IMG/VR virus record: IMGVR_UViG_3300028886_000029
Span: 110,007-174,006 of that record
Direction: 5' to 3' (one strand)
Length of the DNA stretch: 64,000 nt
From: a virus
Taxonomy: Duplodnaviria > Heunggongvirae > Uroviricota > Caudoviricetes
How positions within the stretch are numbered: the first letter of the stretch is position 1; each line of letters opens with the position of its first letter. Made by a program: the position numbers and the translations under genes. Below the pieces are notes generated by a model, which saw nothing but the letters and a program-made list of their open reading frames with translations, made no database searches and was not told where the DNA came from. Positions 1 to 9,155 of this stretch are shown here, one piece after another.

Positions 1-279
1 TTCAATTACATTGTCAACCGAAATACTTGCACCTGAAGTAATCATATTGTTCACTTCTTCAACGCTTGGGAATCTAACCGCAGTATTACCATCTTGTGCA
101 AGTGTCCATAAACCTGTATTACGTCTTTTTTCCTCCTCATTAGCCCCACTTCCAAGTTGTACTGCGATTTCACCCATCGCAACGGTTCCTGATAATATAG
201 AACTTATTTCAGCATCGCTTTTTGTTGTCCTTATATTTTGCAAGACTTTTCTTTTTAATTCACTAGCATTTTTTGCCAT
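1..279 (-). CDS. 5' part of a fibre-like protein running off the window (MAKNASELKRKVLQNIRTT...GEIAVQLG...)
   Basis: ATG at 279; reading frame open to position 1 (93 codons, translated by hand, not in the ORF track). GEIAV matches the GEIGV N-terminal motif of 372..4811. Upstream ACTATTTAT motif at 326-334. Confidence 0.7.
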   Translation of the reverse strand, partial: MAKNASELKRKVLQNIRTTKSDAEISSILSGTVAMGEIAVQLGSGANEEEKRRNTGLWTLAQDGNTAVRFPSVEEVNNMITSGASISVDNVIE

Positions 280-371
280 AATTTTTAGTTGTTTTTATCT
301 TTTTATTATTAATTTTTTTCCTATCATAAATAGTGTTTTCGTTTCAAAAACAAACATTTTTTTTATATTTT

Positions 372-3300
372 TTAGTAATTACCTCCTTGGAAAACGTTCA
401 CATCATTTTCAAGTGATGACAATCTGCTCTCAATGGCGTTAAGCCTGTCATTAAGGTCATTGAACGCCTTGGCAACCACATAAAGGTCATCCTCATATTC
501 TGTTCTCTCTATCAAATTTGCCAATATGTTGTTGACAACAGTGGCATCAACAACACTACCTGTTGTGGACACACCTGATAATGCGGCCTCACTTGTGATT
601 ATGTCACTTGGTGTGAGAACAGTACCCAAATCAACGGCATTATTAGTTTTTGTCTGTGCCGTGCCGTTCATTGTGATGGCGGTTATGGCATTACCGACAG
701 CGGTCTCCATCGCCATAGTGGACGCACTCAAATTACTAAGGTCATCAGTCAAGTCAACGATATCTGCCGTATTGTTATTCACACTTGACTGTAATGCGGT
801 AATAGCATCTGTTGATGTGCTGCTGTTACCACTTAACTCATTAACCCTTGTGTTAATCTCATTGAATGCGGCTGCAATAACTTTCTCATCCTTCACATAT
901 GCGCTGACAGGAACAAAATCACCTAACAATCCGTCAATATCATCTTTGTCATAGTAATCTGTCTCCACAACACCACTCAATGCAGCCAAGTCATTCTTCA
1001 CCACCACAGTGCTTGCGCTTAAATCAACAACACTACCACTAAGGGTCTCTATCTTGGTGTTGAGTTGTCCACTTATGGCATCAACCTCAGTCTTACTGTA
1101 TGTCTGACCAGTTGTGTAATAGTTGCTTGGGTCAAATATACTCGTTAAAGGAATTGAAATACTCTCTTTCTGTGAGTCAGTGTTGAATGTGATAACAAGA
1201 TTACCACCACTAATCTCAACATTACTGACCATTCCATCTTTAATGAAATTAGTGGCATCAATTGTTGCTGAGGTGATTATTGTCGCACCGTGTTTAAAAT
1301 AAATCTTCTTATCAGTACTGTTATATTCAGCACCGTCAAAGTAAGGTTCAACACTTGGCACTGTGATGTCAACAGCCTTGTCGGTAACCGTAAGGGCTGT
1401 GCCGTTAACCTTAACCGTCTCAATGACATTGGTGTCAGCGGAAATAGCGGCCACTTTGTTTGTCACAGTCGCAGGTGTTCCGTTCACGGTTATACCTGTC
1501 AACATGCTTTCATATGCGCTTGCACCTGATGATGCGTTGTTCCTTATTGTCTCAAGGTCAGAGATATTGTTTTGTTTACCATTCCAAGCCTCTTTCTCCG
1601 CTGTTGTGACATGCACGGTTGCGTCAGATGTGTGCGCTGTAATCTCAGTCTCAAGTGTACCGCTTATGGCGTTCACCTCTGACTTGGTATAATACTCACT
1701 CAAATCAACTGTCTTACCACTAAGAATGTCAATCTTGTCATATATGTCATCAGTGGCCGCACTTAACGTGTTTGTCCTGTCGTTAAGGTAATTGAATGCC
1801 GCTGAGATTGCCATCTCATCCTCAGTATATGAGGATATTGACAAGAAAGTGGCATCAGACTCTGACTTGGTATAGTAATCAGATAAATCAATGTTTCGAA
1901 TTTCCTCATATAATTCATCATCTTTGTTATCAACTTCTGACTTGGTATAGTAATTACTCAAATCAACCTCAACCGTTTGTCCACTAAGTTCAATAATCCT
2001 GTCATTAAGGTCGTTTAACGATTCGGAGATAATTTCCTCCTTACTACTCATCTCTTCCTTGGACAAGTAGTCGTTAGCCATGGTATCAATTTCTGACTTA
2101 GTATAATAGTCATTACTTGTTTTAGCACTAATTTCCTTAATCCTGTTGTTCAAATCATTAAGTGATTCCGCCACAACAAGCTCTTTCTCACTGATTTTCT
2201 CCTTGGTGTAGTAGTTTTCAATAACACTACCGCTTAACTCAGTCAAACCACTCTCAATAGCAACTGTGCTTGCACTTAGCTCAATAACACTACCGCTCAA
2301 TGTGTTAAGGTTAGACTCAATAGTGACTGTGCTTGCACTTAACTCAACAACACTACCACTTAACGCTTCAAGATTAGACTCAATTGCCACAGTGCTTGCG
2401 CTTAAATCCTCAACACTACCACTTAATGTGTTAAGATTGGTCTCTATTGTCTGAGTGGCACTACTCAAAGACTCAACACTACCACTTAATGTGTTAAGAT
2501 TGGTCTCTATTGTCTGAGTGACACCACTTAACTCAACGACACTACCGCTTAATGTGTTAAGGTTAGACTCAATAGTAACTGTGCTTGCGCTTAACTCAAC
2601 AACACTACCACTAAGAGTCTCTATCTTGGTGTTGAGTTGTCCGCTTATGGCATCAACCTCTGTCTTGGTATAATAGTTACTAGGGTCAAAAATATCGCTT
2701 AAAGGAATATAAATATCCTCTTTTGCTCCTGCGTCCTCATTAAAAGTGATAATCAAACAAGTCTCACCTGAATGTGTTCCACCTGAGGCGGTGTCAACTG
2801 TCACACTGTCAACCATTCCATCCTTAATGAAATTAGTCGCGTCAACATATGCTATTGTATTATCACCATGTTTAAAGTTAATTCTCTTACTTGTACTGTC
2901 ATAGACAGCACCATCGAAATAGTTGTTGTTGTCAGTAATATAACCAGCGTCATTAGTAAAGACACTGACATTTGTCGGTTTATTAAGAATTTGAGCGTCA
3001 CCTGATGTGGCGTTCCAATCAGCGTTCACATTAACCTCAGCACCTTCAGCAATACCTGCCAATTTTTCTTTTTCTGCCACAGTATAGTTGGCATCAGTAT
3101 GTACATAACTTGCGTCAGAAACAAAGTCTGAGTCATTTGTCAAATCACTTGTCTTGGTTGGAACGGTCACATCAACAGCCTTATCGGTAACCGTAAGGGT
3201 TGTGCCATTAACCTTAACTGTCTCAATGACATTGGTCTGTGCGCTTGCCTCAATGGTACCCAATTTGGTTTTCTCATCTGTCGTGTAGTTATTGTCGGTA

Positions 3301-4811
3301 TGGACATAATTCGCGTCAGTGACAACATTGTCAATTGTTTTTCTTGTGGCCGTAAGCGGAAGATTCTCACCATCTGTCGCTGTGGCGGCACCTGCCAAAG
3401 TCTCAACATAGGTTATGCTATTTGTGTCGTTTTGTGTCGGTGTGCCATTAGTGACATCAATCTTATGTTTCGCATGGTCAGTTGTGACCGTAAGTTCCAC
3501 AGCACCATCAGTAACTGTTTGGGCTGTCCCATTCAATGTGATACCAGTGACAACTGTTCCGATATTGGCGACCTTATTGGTTTTGGCGACAGGTGAGCCG
3601 TTCATGGTCACACCTGTTAACATATCCGTATATGCGCTTGCGCCTGATGAGGCGTTATTCCTTATTGTCTCAAGGTCAGATATAGCGTCTTGTTTTCCGT
3701 TCCATGTGCTCTTTTCTGTTGCGGTGACATGAATATCAATGTCACTTGTATGTGCCGCAAGTGTGTCATTGATTGATTTTGTGCTTGCGCTCAAATCAGT
3801 GATTTTGCCATTGATGACAAGTTCTTTTCCATCAATTTCGGTTTTGGTGTAATAATTTGTCTCAACAGCACCGCTTAAGGCTTTAAGGTCGTTTTCAATC
3901 GCCACAGTACTTGCGCTTAAATCCTCAACACTACCACTCAATGTGTTAAGATTGGACTCAATTGTCTCCGTGGCACTGCTTAAAGATTCTATTTTAGTCT
4001 CAATTTCACCACTAAGGGTATTAATCTCAGTTTTGGTGTAATATAAACTTGGGTCGAAAAAGTCTGTTAGTGGAATACTGACATCTTGTTTTCCTGAGTC
4101 TGTATTGAAATCAATAACCAAAGATTTTACGCCCCCATTGTCCACAATGGCAACCCCATCAACCATTCCGTCCTTAATGAAATCAGTGGCATCAATAGTG
4201 TCAATAACCTCACCTAACTTGTTGTAGAAACAAATTGTCTTGGCACTTTCAACATACTCAGCGTCACCAAACAGATTTTGGTTAATGTTATTCTCAACGG
4301 CTATTGTGGCACCGCTTAACTCATCAACCTTTGTCTGCATGGCTGTGGTAACAGCGTCATTAAACCCACTAAGACCTGTTATGTCATTTATTGTCACGGC
4401 AGTTGTTCCTGTGACATGGCCGAAACCATCAACACTCACTTTATCAAAACCATCTGAAAGTCCGCTTACTGTTTTATGCTTAACACTTAAAGTTGTGCCG
4501 CTATTTTGGTCATCCTTACCTGTCAAAGTCACCGTCACTGCCTCATCACCTTCCACAACACTAATCAAATTGTCAACAACATCACCGATAACGCTATATA
4601 CACTTGATATTTTGTTATTGATGGCGTTTTCGGTGATAAATGTGGCCAAGGTTCCTGATGTCGGAGCGTTCTCATTTGTCTCAACATATAATTTAGCATC
4701 AGTTGTGTTGGTGTGAACAACACCAATCTCACCAAGAGACAATTGACTTACTGGCATTTTATCATCAGCACTGTGTAGGTTTATGACCTGTTTCCTATTT
4801 TTTTCTGCCAT
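372..4811 (-). CDS. Long repetitive tail-fibre/spike-like protein (1479 aa) with internally duplicated modules and coiled-coil repeats
   Basis: N-terminal LSLGEIGV motif, as in fibre attachment domains; three IDATxFIKDGMV...DPSxYY modules; 21-aa TLSGSVVELSASTVTIESNLN repeats; repeated AxSLNDLN/AAFNxLN coiled-coil segments. Confidence 0.65.
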   Translation of the reverse strand: MAEKNRKQVINLHSADDKMPVSQLSLGEIGVVHTNTTDAKLYVETNENAPTSGTLATFITENAINNKISSVYSVIGDVVDNLISVVEGDEAVTVTLTGKDDQNSGTTLSVKHKTVSGLSDGFDKVSVDGFGHVTGTTAVTINDITGLSGFNDAVTTAMQTKVDELSGATIAVENNINQNLFGDAEYVESAKTICFYNKLGEVIDTIDATDFIKDGMVDGVAIVDNGGVKSLVIDFNTDSGKQDVSIPLTDFFDPSLYYTKTEINTLSGEIETKIESLSSATETIESNLNTLSGSVEDLSASTVAIENDLKALSGAVETNYYTKTEIDGKELVINGKITDLSASTKSINDTLAAHTSDIDIHVTATEKSTWNGKQDAISDLETIRNNASSGASAYTDMLTGVTMNGSPVAKTNKVANIGTVVTGITLNGTAQTVTDGAVELTVTTDHAKHKIDVTNGTPTQNDTNSITYVETLAGAATATDGENLPLTATRKTIDNVVTDANYVHTDNNYTTDEKTKLGTIEASAQTNVIETVKVNGTTLTVTDKAVDVTVPTKTSDLTNDSDFVSDASYVHTDANYTVAEKEKLAGIAEGAEVNVNADWNATSGDAQILNKPTNVSVFTNDAGYITDNNNYFDGAVYDSTSKRINFKHGDNTIAYVDATNFIKDGMVDSVTVDTASGGTHSGETCLIITFNEDAGAKEDIYIPLSDIFDPSNYYTKTEVDAISGQLNTKIETLSGSVVELSASTVTIESNLNTLSGSVVELSGVTQTIETNLNTLSGSVESLSSATQTIETNLNTLSGSVEDLSASTVAIESNLEALSGSVVELSASTVTIESNLNTLSGSVIELSASTVAIESGLTELSGSVIENYYTKEKISEKELVVAESLNDLNNRIKEISAKTSNDYYTKSEIDTMANDYLSKEEMSSKEEIISESLNDLNDRIIELSGQTVEVDLSNYYTKSEVDNKDDELYEEIRNIDLSDYYTKSESDATFLSISSYTEDEMAISAAFNYLNDRTNTLSAATDDIYDKIDILSGKTVDLSEYYTKSEVNAISGTLETEITAHTSDATVHVTTAEKEAWNGKQNNISDLETIRNNASSGASAYESMLTGITVNGTPATVTNKVAAISADTNVIETVKVNGTALTVTDKAVDITVPSVEPYFDGAEYNSTDKKIYFKHGATIITSATIDATNFIKDGMVSNVEISGGNLVITFNTDSQKESISIPLTSIFDPSNYYTTGQTYSKTEVDAISGQLNTKIETLSGSVVDLSASTVVVKNDLAALSGVVETDYYDKDDIDGLLGDFVPVSAYVKDEKVIAAAFNEINTRVNELSGNSSTSTDAITALQSSVNNNTADIVDLTDDLSNLSASTMAMETAVGNAITAITMNGTAQTKTNNAVDLGTVLTPSDIITSEAALSGVSTTGSVVDATVVNNILANLIERTEYEDDLYVVAKAFNDLNDRLNAIESRLSSLENDVNVFQGGNY
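2225..2620 (-). repeat. Imperfect 63-bp tandem repeats encoding the 21-aa LSGSVVELSASTVTIESNLNT unit
   Basis: Recurring units such as acactaccacttaatgtgttaag and gtgcttgcacttaactcaac at 63-nt spacing, about six copies. Confidence 0.85.
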
Positions 4812-4857
4812 GTTATATATATTTTTTTCTTAAATGATATTATTCATAAAATCATTT

Positions 4858-4866
4858 ATAAATAGT
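4858..4866 (-). promoter_or_regulatory. Recurrent upstream motif ACTATTTAT (sense strand), putative phage late promoter
   Basis: The same 9-mer (ataaatagt on +) lies upstream of minus-strand genes at 326, 4858, 18640, 39094, 40502, 41972, 49264, 52947 and 63905. Confidence 0.6.
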
Positions 4867-4900
4867 ATGAAAACGCCAATAATTTTTAAGAACAATAAAA

Positions 4901-4929
4901 AAAAGATGATTTGTTAAAAATCATCTTTT
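4901..4929. terminator. Intrinsic terminator hairpin downstream of 5085..6215
   Basis: AAAAGATGATTT-gttaa-AAATCATCTTTT, a perfect 12-bp stem with A/T flanks. Confidence 0.7.
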
Positions 4930-5084
4930 AGCAGAAAAAAACATCTAATAACAATGGCAAATAAGGTAAGTATATATCGTAGTATATATAATTACCACAA
5001 ATTACAGTAATCAAATATTTAAGTTTTGTAATTGTTTTTCTCATTGCGCTCTTTATTTTAAAATAGTGTCTATTATTTGAAAAG

Positions 5085-6215
5085 TCAAGTTTTTTTGTTT
5101 TTAATGTGTTCCGATGTTGATGACATTTGGATTTTCTTTTTTGGCCATCCTGTCAATTCCATTATGTCGTTCTCAAGTTTCCGTCTTTTATCGGTAATAT
5201 CATTGTATTGTCCCAGGAAAAAAACCTGTCTTATCTTGTTTTTTTTAACCATATCTTGAAGGAGGTTATAGAACCTGATTGCGTCTGATATTGTCTTACA
5301 AAACACGATGTCCATTGTGTCATCATCATATTTGAATATAATCTTGTTCTTATAAATCAGGATTCTCACAATACTATATTGTATGGATATGTTTTTCATG
5401 AGAATATTGTCATATATCCACATAAATGTTTTCCTGTCATTTTTATTGTTGTAACCCCAAACCCAAAATGTCTCCTCAACATCAAAACTGAATTTGTCGT
5501 ATATCACCCATTTTTCACTGTCGGTTTTTTGCTCAACCATTTTTCCGATATCATTTCTTAAATAAACCACATCGTTATCATCATTTTTTCTTTCCAATAT
5601 AAGGTATTCATACTTGTTGTCCCCAACAGTGTCGCTATGTGTCGTTTTCATCGGATAAATGACCTTTTTACTGTTTTCAAGCAACTCATCCATCTTATTA
5701 TATGCCGATTCCACATCAATATACTTCCCAACATAACCAACTTGCCTATTATTCCTGCATATGACAATCTTATAGTTCCAAGACACTTTCTTTTTCTCAG
5801 GTGGTGTCCAATTTTTGGGTTTCCTCTTATATTTTTTCTTTGGTCCTCTTTTTTTCGGTCTTCCGACAGGTCTTTTCTTTTTGGGCTTCTCAATCGGATG
5901 CTCAGCCAAATACTTTTCTTTTTTCTCTTTCTCTATTTGTCTCAGTCTTTCTTTTCTTTCCCTATCTTTTTCCCTACGTTCTTCCTGTTTTTGCTTTTTT
6001 CTCAATTTTTCTTTCTCCTTTTTCTTTTTCTCCCTTTCTTTTTTTAGTTCGGTTTGCCTTTTTCTTTTTTTCCTGTACTCCTCAAGCCTCTTGTTCCTCA
6101 TTTCCATGGTTTTCTTGACCTGCCTTAACTGAAAAATCGTGAGACCCCTTTCCTTTGCCTCCAATTCCTCCTTTTCAAGAAAATCCTTATCTAAAATATA
6201 TTTTGTTTTTGCCAT
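5085..6215 (-). CDS. Hypothetical protein with a K/E/R-rich coiled-coil and an AT-hook-like motif
   Basis: 376-aa ORF; RPVGRPKKRGPKK follows a highly charged N-terminus; globular C-terminal half not recognised. Confidence 0.7.
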   Translation of the reverse strand: MAKTKYILDKDFLEKEELEAKERGLTIFQLRQVKKTMEMRNKRLEEYRKKRKRQTELKKEREKKKKEKEKLRKKQKQEERREKDRERKERLRQIEKEKKEKYLAEHPIEKPKKKRPVGRPKKRGPKKKYKRKPKNWTPPEKKKVSWNYKIVICRNNRQVGYVGKYIDVESAYNKMDELLENSKKVIYPMKTTHSDTVGDNKYEYLILERKNDDNDVVYLRNDIGKMVEQKTDSEKWVIYDKFSFDVEETFWVWGYNNKNDRKTFMWIYDNILMKNISIQYSIVRILIYKNKIIFKYDDDTMDIVFCKTISDAIRFYNLLQDMVKKNKIRQVFFLGQYNDITDKRRKLENDIMELTGWPKKKIQMSSTSEHIKNKKT

Positions 6216-6266
6216 TTTTTTATATATATTTGTACCACATTAATAATATATTAAATATTAAACCAA

Positions 6267-7394
6267 ATGTCAATAAACAAAAGAGGCATCGTCATAACAA
6301 TACCCAAAACAATAAAATGGGAAGAGTATCAAAAAGAACTTGACGCGGTTGCCGATTGGTCACACGTGATGAATTTTAAGATTCATAATAAACCGAAAGA
6401 TTTGAACATCGGTGACAGGGTGTATTTATGTTATAACGGTCAAATTATTGGTTGGCAGACATTTGTCGGATACTATCAAGGTAGTTTCGATTGTACGACA
6501 ACTGGAAATGAATGGGAAGGTACTTTTATTCAAAGGAGCGGACCTTTTCATTATCTTCAAACACCAATACCATGTAACGGATTCAGGGGATTTAAATACT
6601 TTGACTACCAAATCAACGAGTCAATATCTTCCAAACAATTAATGCAGGAAGAACACAGCAGAAACACTGTTGTACAGGAAGAAACCAAAAAGTTCATTAA
6701 CAGTATTTCCGCACTAATAAACAACAAATACGGTAAACAGGTAATTTCAATACCCTTAACTGTTTTTGGTGTTCAGGTTAAACCGATTATAACATTATAT
6801 AATTTTAAAAACAATAATGATTGTGTCTCAACCAAAAACAGCCAAAACAAAACAAACGAATACAATGAAACAACACATGTTTTAAATCTATATCTTTTTT
6901 TTGTTAATGGCCAGCCAATCTATGACACCTTTGATTCCGTGGCACATGAGTTTTCCCACATATATCAAAAGGCATTATCGGATGATGGTTATGCCACTGA
7001 TGTATATAAAACATCATTAAAATACAGAAACTCAAAAAACAAATTTGAAACAAGATTGTCCTGTTTGTTTTATTTGTCAGATTCCCATGAACAGGATTCA
7101 ATCGCACAAGGTTTGGAATCATGTTTGGAAAACTCACCGCTTAGTAGTGATGAAGTGCTTAACGCCACACAAACCAATGATTATCTCATGGTTTTCGAAA
7201 AACTAATTAAGGACTTTGAAAAAAATAAAGAAAATTATATTTTAGCATTAACACCGTACAGAAAATACGGATTGGACTACTCAAGATGTCTGAGAAAATT
7301 CAAAAACCAATACAAAAGGCTTAAATTAAAAATCGGACATATCCTTGACTTACACGAACAAACTAACAAAATAAACATAAAAAACATTTTATAA
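6267..7394 (+). CDS. ASCH/EVE(PUA)-like N-terminal domain fused to a HExxH zincin-like metallopeptidase domain
   Basis: N-terminal IGDRVYLCYNG...GFRGFKY resembles PUA-like folds; VAHEFSHIYQ zinc motif with downstream YLSDSHEQDS. Confidence 0.5.
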   Translation: MSINKRGIVITIPKTIKWEEYQKELDAVADWSHVMNFKIHNKPKDLNIGDRVYLCYNGQIIGWQTFVGYYQGSFDCTTTGNEWEGTFIQRSGPFHYLQTPIPCNGFRGFKYFDYQINESISSKQLMQEEHSRNTVVQEETKKFINSISALINNKYGKQVISIPLTVFGVQVKPIITLYNFKNNNDCVSTKNSQNKTNEYNETTHVLNLYLFFVNGQPIYDTFDSVAHEFSHIYQKALSDDGYATDVYKTSLKYRNSKNKFETRLSCLFYLSDSHEQDSIAQGLESCLENSPLSSDEVLNATQTNDYLMVFEKLIKDFEKNKENYILALTPYRKYGLDYSRCLRKFKNQYKRLKLKIGHILDLHEQTNKINIKNIL

Positions 7395-7396
7395 TT

Positions 7397-7861
7397 ATGG
7401 CAAAGTTTTACGAAGCAGATGATGAAATGCAGAATTTAGTACATGAAGTGGCAGCAGAACTAAATCTTGAAAACTTCATGGATTTTGAGGCAATTTGTGT
7501 ACCTAAGGCAAAAGAAATTGTATCAGTGACAAGAGCAAGCAAGATGGCTGAATTTCTTAGCAACCGTAGCGATTTGATAATCGTGATATTTTTCCAAGAA
7601 ATTTTTGACCAATTTGATGAAAAAACAAAGTACATGTTTGTTAGAATGGCAATGGACCAAATTTCATATGATAGTGAACATGATAAAATCAATATTGGTT
7701 GCCCTATGATTAATGTTCCTGTCGGTTTCTATCAAAAGTACGAAAAAGCGGCGGTTGACACCGCACTCCTTGGTCAAATATCAATAGCCCAATGGGAAGA
7801 TAAAAAGAAACAGGAAAAAGAGGAGAAAAAAGCCCTTAAAACAAAAAAACAAAAGCAGTAA
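7397..7861 (+). CDS. Phage metallopeptidase-like protein (catalytic motif apparently lost)
   Basis: Overall pattern resembles the putative phage metallopeptidase family, but RMAMDQI occupies the position expected for HExxH. Confidence 0.4.
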   Translation: MAKFYEADDEMQNLVHEVAAELNLENFMDFEAICVPKAKEIVSVTRASKMAEFLSNRSDLIIVIFFQEIFDQFDEKTKYMFVRMAMDQISYDSEHDKINIGCPMINVPVGFYQKYEKAAVDTALLGQISIAQWEDKKKQEKEEKKALKTKKQKQ

Positions 7862-7903
7862 AATCTTTTATTGATTTTATCATGGTTAAACAACAAAAAC
7901 ATA

Positions 7904-7933
7904 AAAAGAGAGGTAAGTGATTACCTCTCTTTT
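7904..7933. terminator. Bidirectional terminator/palindrome between convergent genes
   Basis: AAAAGAGAGGTAA-gtga-TTACCTCTCTTTT, a perfect 13-bp stem. Confidence 0.8.
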
Positions 7934-7959
7934 CTTTTTAATACATGAACAAAAAACCA

Positions 7960-8715
7960 TTAAATGACAACAGTATCACCAAAAGTGATTTTGGTTCCCC
8001 TCCTGTCAAGTTTTCCGATTAGTTCCTTTGACTTTGACCAGAACATATCAACACCATCAAATGTCAGGTCACATATACCACCGACATTTACTTTTGTCAT
8101 ATCCCTACCAAAACCGTTGACAATGAATTTTCCATATATTTTTTCAGTCTCACCTGTCTCAAACCTTTCCAGAACACTATATTGGCCATTAACTTGCCAA
8201 TCTTTGTCTGGCATATCTTCAGGAACAACCATTTTTATTCCCCATTGTCTGTCACTTTCCCCATGAGTGATTTCCTCAATTGAGAATGTCACCTGTGGCA
8301 CAGTTTCCGTTTTTCTATAATGAACATTTACAGATGTTTGGTTGAAACCGTTACCGTTCGGCTGTACGAACTCAATGGCGTTCAAATCAAAGCCATCACC
8401 TGACTTATATTCTACCAAATAAGTGAATATACCGTCAGTGGTCTCTTTTTGTAAGGTAACGGAAACTGTATTATCATCAAAAAGTAATCTTGTAACTGGC
8501 CTGATTGCTTTTGTGTTAATTACTTTTCCGTATTTTTTTGTCAACATTTGTGATGTTACCCTCACAACCGCCGTGGGTGTTGTCTCACTGACATATACAC
8601 CATGTGGCAACACGACAAATTTTGTTTCTGTTTTTTCTTTGGCCAAATAAGACCAACCAACAATTAGCCCAACCAATACACATAAGGCTAAAACTGTAAT
8701 AATGTAAACTGACAT
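7960..8715 (-). CDS. Membrane-anchored hypothetical protein
   Basis: Hydrophobic N-terminus MSVYIITVLALCVLVGLIVGWSYL followed by a beta-rich soluble region. Confidence 0.7.
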   Translation of the reverse strand: MSVYIITVLALCVLVGLIVGWSYLAKEKTETKFVVLPHGVYVSETTPTAVVRVTSQMLTKKYGKVINTKAIRPVTRLLFDDNTVSVTLQKETTDGIFTYLVEYKSGDGFDLNAIEFVQPNGNGFNQTSVNVHYRKTETVPQVTFSIEEITHGESDRQWGIKMVVPEDMPDKDWQVNGQYSVLERFETGETEKIYGKFIVNGFGRDMTKVNVGGICDLTFDGVDMFWSKSKELIGKLDRRGTKITFGDTVVI

Positions 8716-8721
8716 CTCTTT

Positions 8722-9126
8722 TTAAAACTTTACTCTTTCCATTTTTATTTTTTTGAATTTGTATTCTATTGTGAACATCAATGAGTTTCCGTTACCATAT
8801 TCCAACTCAAACATTCCATAACCCAAATTGAAAGGCAATTTTCCCACATATTTGGGTTTTTTAATGTGAATGTCAAATATAGCCTCACCAAAACGGGATA
8901 ACAACTTAATTTTTATTTCCTTATATTTTTTCCGTATATTATCAAAACATGATACATCAGAATCAAGCGTTAGTTGTATAATTTTGTTTTTTTCATCAAC
9001 AAAAACCTTGTTAATGCTGTTGATAGGTGTTCCATCACCGTAAACACAAAAATAGTTTTTTAATAATACATTGTCAGAACCATCCATAAAAATAAAACAC
9101 ATTATATTGATTATATCTGTTCTCAA
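8722..9126 (-). CDS. Hypothetical protein, possibly a divergent tail-tube-like fold
   Basis: 134-aa ORF in the same operon; EIKIKLLSRFG...FELEYGNG...FTIEY loosely recalls the C-terminus of gp19-like tube proteins. Confidence 0.4.
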   Translation of the reverse strand: MRTDIINIMCFIFMDGSDNVLLKNYFCVYGDGTPINSINKVFVDEKNKIIQLTLDSDVSCFDNIRKKYKEIKIKLLSRFGEAIFDIHIKKPKYVGKLPFNLGYGMFELEYGNGNSLMFTIEYKFKKIKMERVKF

Positions 9127-9155
9127 TATAATGTGTTTTATTTATAAAGTAAAGA

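Noticed and set aside
2225-2620. 63-bp periodic repeats as a CRISPR array
   Set aside because: The units are contiguous, in frame and degenerate at third codon positions, with no unique spacers. They are coding repeats.
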